From: Schizosaccharomyces osmophilus
Taxonomy: Eukaryota
Direction: 5' to 3'
Assembly (NCBI RefSeq): GCF_027921745.1
Contig: NC_079239.1
Location: 1,550,001-1,614,000 of the forward strand
Length of the DNA stretch: 64,000 bases
How positions within the stretch are numbered: position 1 is the first letter of the stretch; each line of letters opens with the position of its first letter. Shown here piece by piece: positions 62,640 to 64,000 of this stretch. A program made the position numbers and the translations under genes. The notes beneath the pieces were generated by a model. That model was not told where the DNA came from, made no database searches, and saw only the letters and a list, made by a program, of their open reading frames with translations.

Positions 62640-63308
62640 CGTACTTTCCACGAGTCATCTACTCATACCAATGGCTTTAAAAAACATTGGTTATTTTGTT
62701 TATCATTTATGTCTGTCATATTATGTATATTCTGTACGTTTAGTTCTTTAACTTTTGATTATTATAATTTGCATTATTTAATAGAAATGTCTTTTTGTAC
62801 TCTTGCTATTTCATGTTAATTTATAGAGGCACTTTGTCATTCAATCTAGTCTACGTTTACGATTCATCTAAGCATTGATATATCAAGAATGAGTAGCATG
62901 TTACATGCACAGAAGAAGTAGGCGAGAATAGCCATAAATGAGAAAAGCTTTCATGCTTTATTCAGATGTGTATATTTATTTGGGACTTACCGATCATAGA
63001 TATTAGTACACTATAAAATCGTTTCACTTTGACATTACTTTCTCTTTCTTCCAATTGCAAAAAATCATATTAATACTGTCTATTTGCTTAATAAAAAAGG
63101 TATAGCTGATATTATATCTCTGATTTGTGAACAGGCGAAAATAACTATTCCCGTACTTGTTCGCAAATGAATGATCAGAATAGAAAATTTACTAACGTTT
63201 TATACAGTTCAGTCATTCAATCATTTCCATCTTTTTTGTTCACGATAGATTTATTTCATTTTTTGAAGAATTCCAAAGGTTGAGCCTTTACTGTGAAGCT
63301 ATTCCAAT

Positions 63309-64000
63309 ATGAATAAAATAAAAAACCGAGGTAGCAATTGTTCAAATGCAAACTTGAAAGAGAAACCTGAGTCCGATGATCCAACTGTTATTCAAACGGG
63401 CGCAATCAAGATTGAAAAGTCTGCGGTTCCATCCAAAAACTCAAAATCTCTCTTAACTTGGGATGAATTAGAACCCTGGCAACAGGATAACCAGTACATT
63501 ATTTCAGCATATCGGCCTGCCACTTTTTCTTTTCCCGGAAGCCTCAAAAGCATTCTTTACTTGCACAATGAATCTATAAATATTTGGTCGCACCTATTAG
63601 GAGCAATCGTCTTTCTTTTCTTTATTATACGTTCAGAGAGGATACTTGTACGAGAAACCACTACTTCTCAGGATGTTTATGTCTTTATGGTATTTTTGAT
63701 TAGTGCTCTGACAATGCTTTTTTGCTCAACTTTTTATCATACTGTATCAAATCATTCAAGTCATGTTTCCAAATATGGGAATAAACTTGATTATCTCGGC
63801 ATCGTTATTATGATCGTTGGCTCTTTTGTCCCTTGCCTTCATTACGGCTTTGCTTGCCATGCCAGCTTTCGTACACTATATATAGGAACAATCTTTTCAA
63901 TTGGTGTGATTGTTGGATCTACATGTATGCTAGATCGCTTTAGGCAACCAGAATGGCGAAGTTTCAGAGCGGTTCTCTTTATAATAATGGGGTTGTTTGG
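63309..64000 (+). CDS. izh2: PAQR / haemolysin-III family membrane protein (Izh2-like), truncated by window end
   Basis: Not in the ORF track. Reads MNKIKNRG...[23 protein letters not shown]...[14 protein letters not shown]...[11 protein letters not shown]...NKLDYLGI, which contains the PAQR motifs ExxxNxxxH, SxxxH and D. Confidence 0.9.
   Translation, partial: MNKIKNRGSNCSNANLKEKPESDDPTVIQTGAIKIEKSAVPSKNSKSLLTWDELEPWQQDNQYIISAYRPATFSFPGSLKSILYLHNESINIWSHLLGAIVFLFFIIRSERILVRETTTSQDVYVFMVFLISALTMLFCSTFYHTVSNHSSHVSKYGNKLDYLGIVIMIVGSFVPCLHYGFACHASFRTLYIGTIFSIGVIVGSTCMLDRFRQPEWRSFRAVLFIIMGLF

Overview
This is eukaryotic, AT-rich, gene-dense DNA with short GT..CTAAC..AG introns. It comes from a fission yeast (Schizosaccharomyces, not S. 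pombe itself; probably the octosporus/cryophilus/osmophilus clade). Gene order follows my recollection of an S. pombe chromosome II block (SPBC36B7/SPBP18G5/SPBC1921/SPBC21D10/SPBC12C2): dus1 (3' end), pib1, mug20, tlg1, ccp1, gcn2, pgs1, toc1, rpl35a-family gene, rad60, mex67, ape2, pvg3, sgf29, hob1, nfs1, bdc1, rkr1, a lineage-specific gene, a twin-CX9C gene, map4, ucp3, fnx1, glo1, gfa1, pst1 and an izh2/PAQR gene (5' part). I rebuilt exon structures by hand, and gene names come from recalled similarity and synteny, not a database search. Several things lie outside the ORF track or the expected gene order. (1) Two independently transcribed box H/ACA snoRNAs flank ape2: an snR35-type guide for 18S Psi1191 and an snR34/U65-type guide for 25S Psi2826 and Psi2880. 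Both lack a canonical ACA box. (2) An extra intronless signal-peptide + 7TM gene sits head-to-head with the mating adhesin map4, across a promoter rich in Ste11 TR-box and CArG motifs. (3) map4 carries a homogenised 114-bp repeat array. (4) Apparent non-coding introns lie upstream of glo1 and izh2, and the long introns contain hairpins. I saw no tRNA, rRNA, transposon or CRISPR array.
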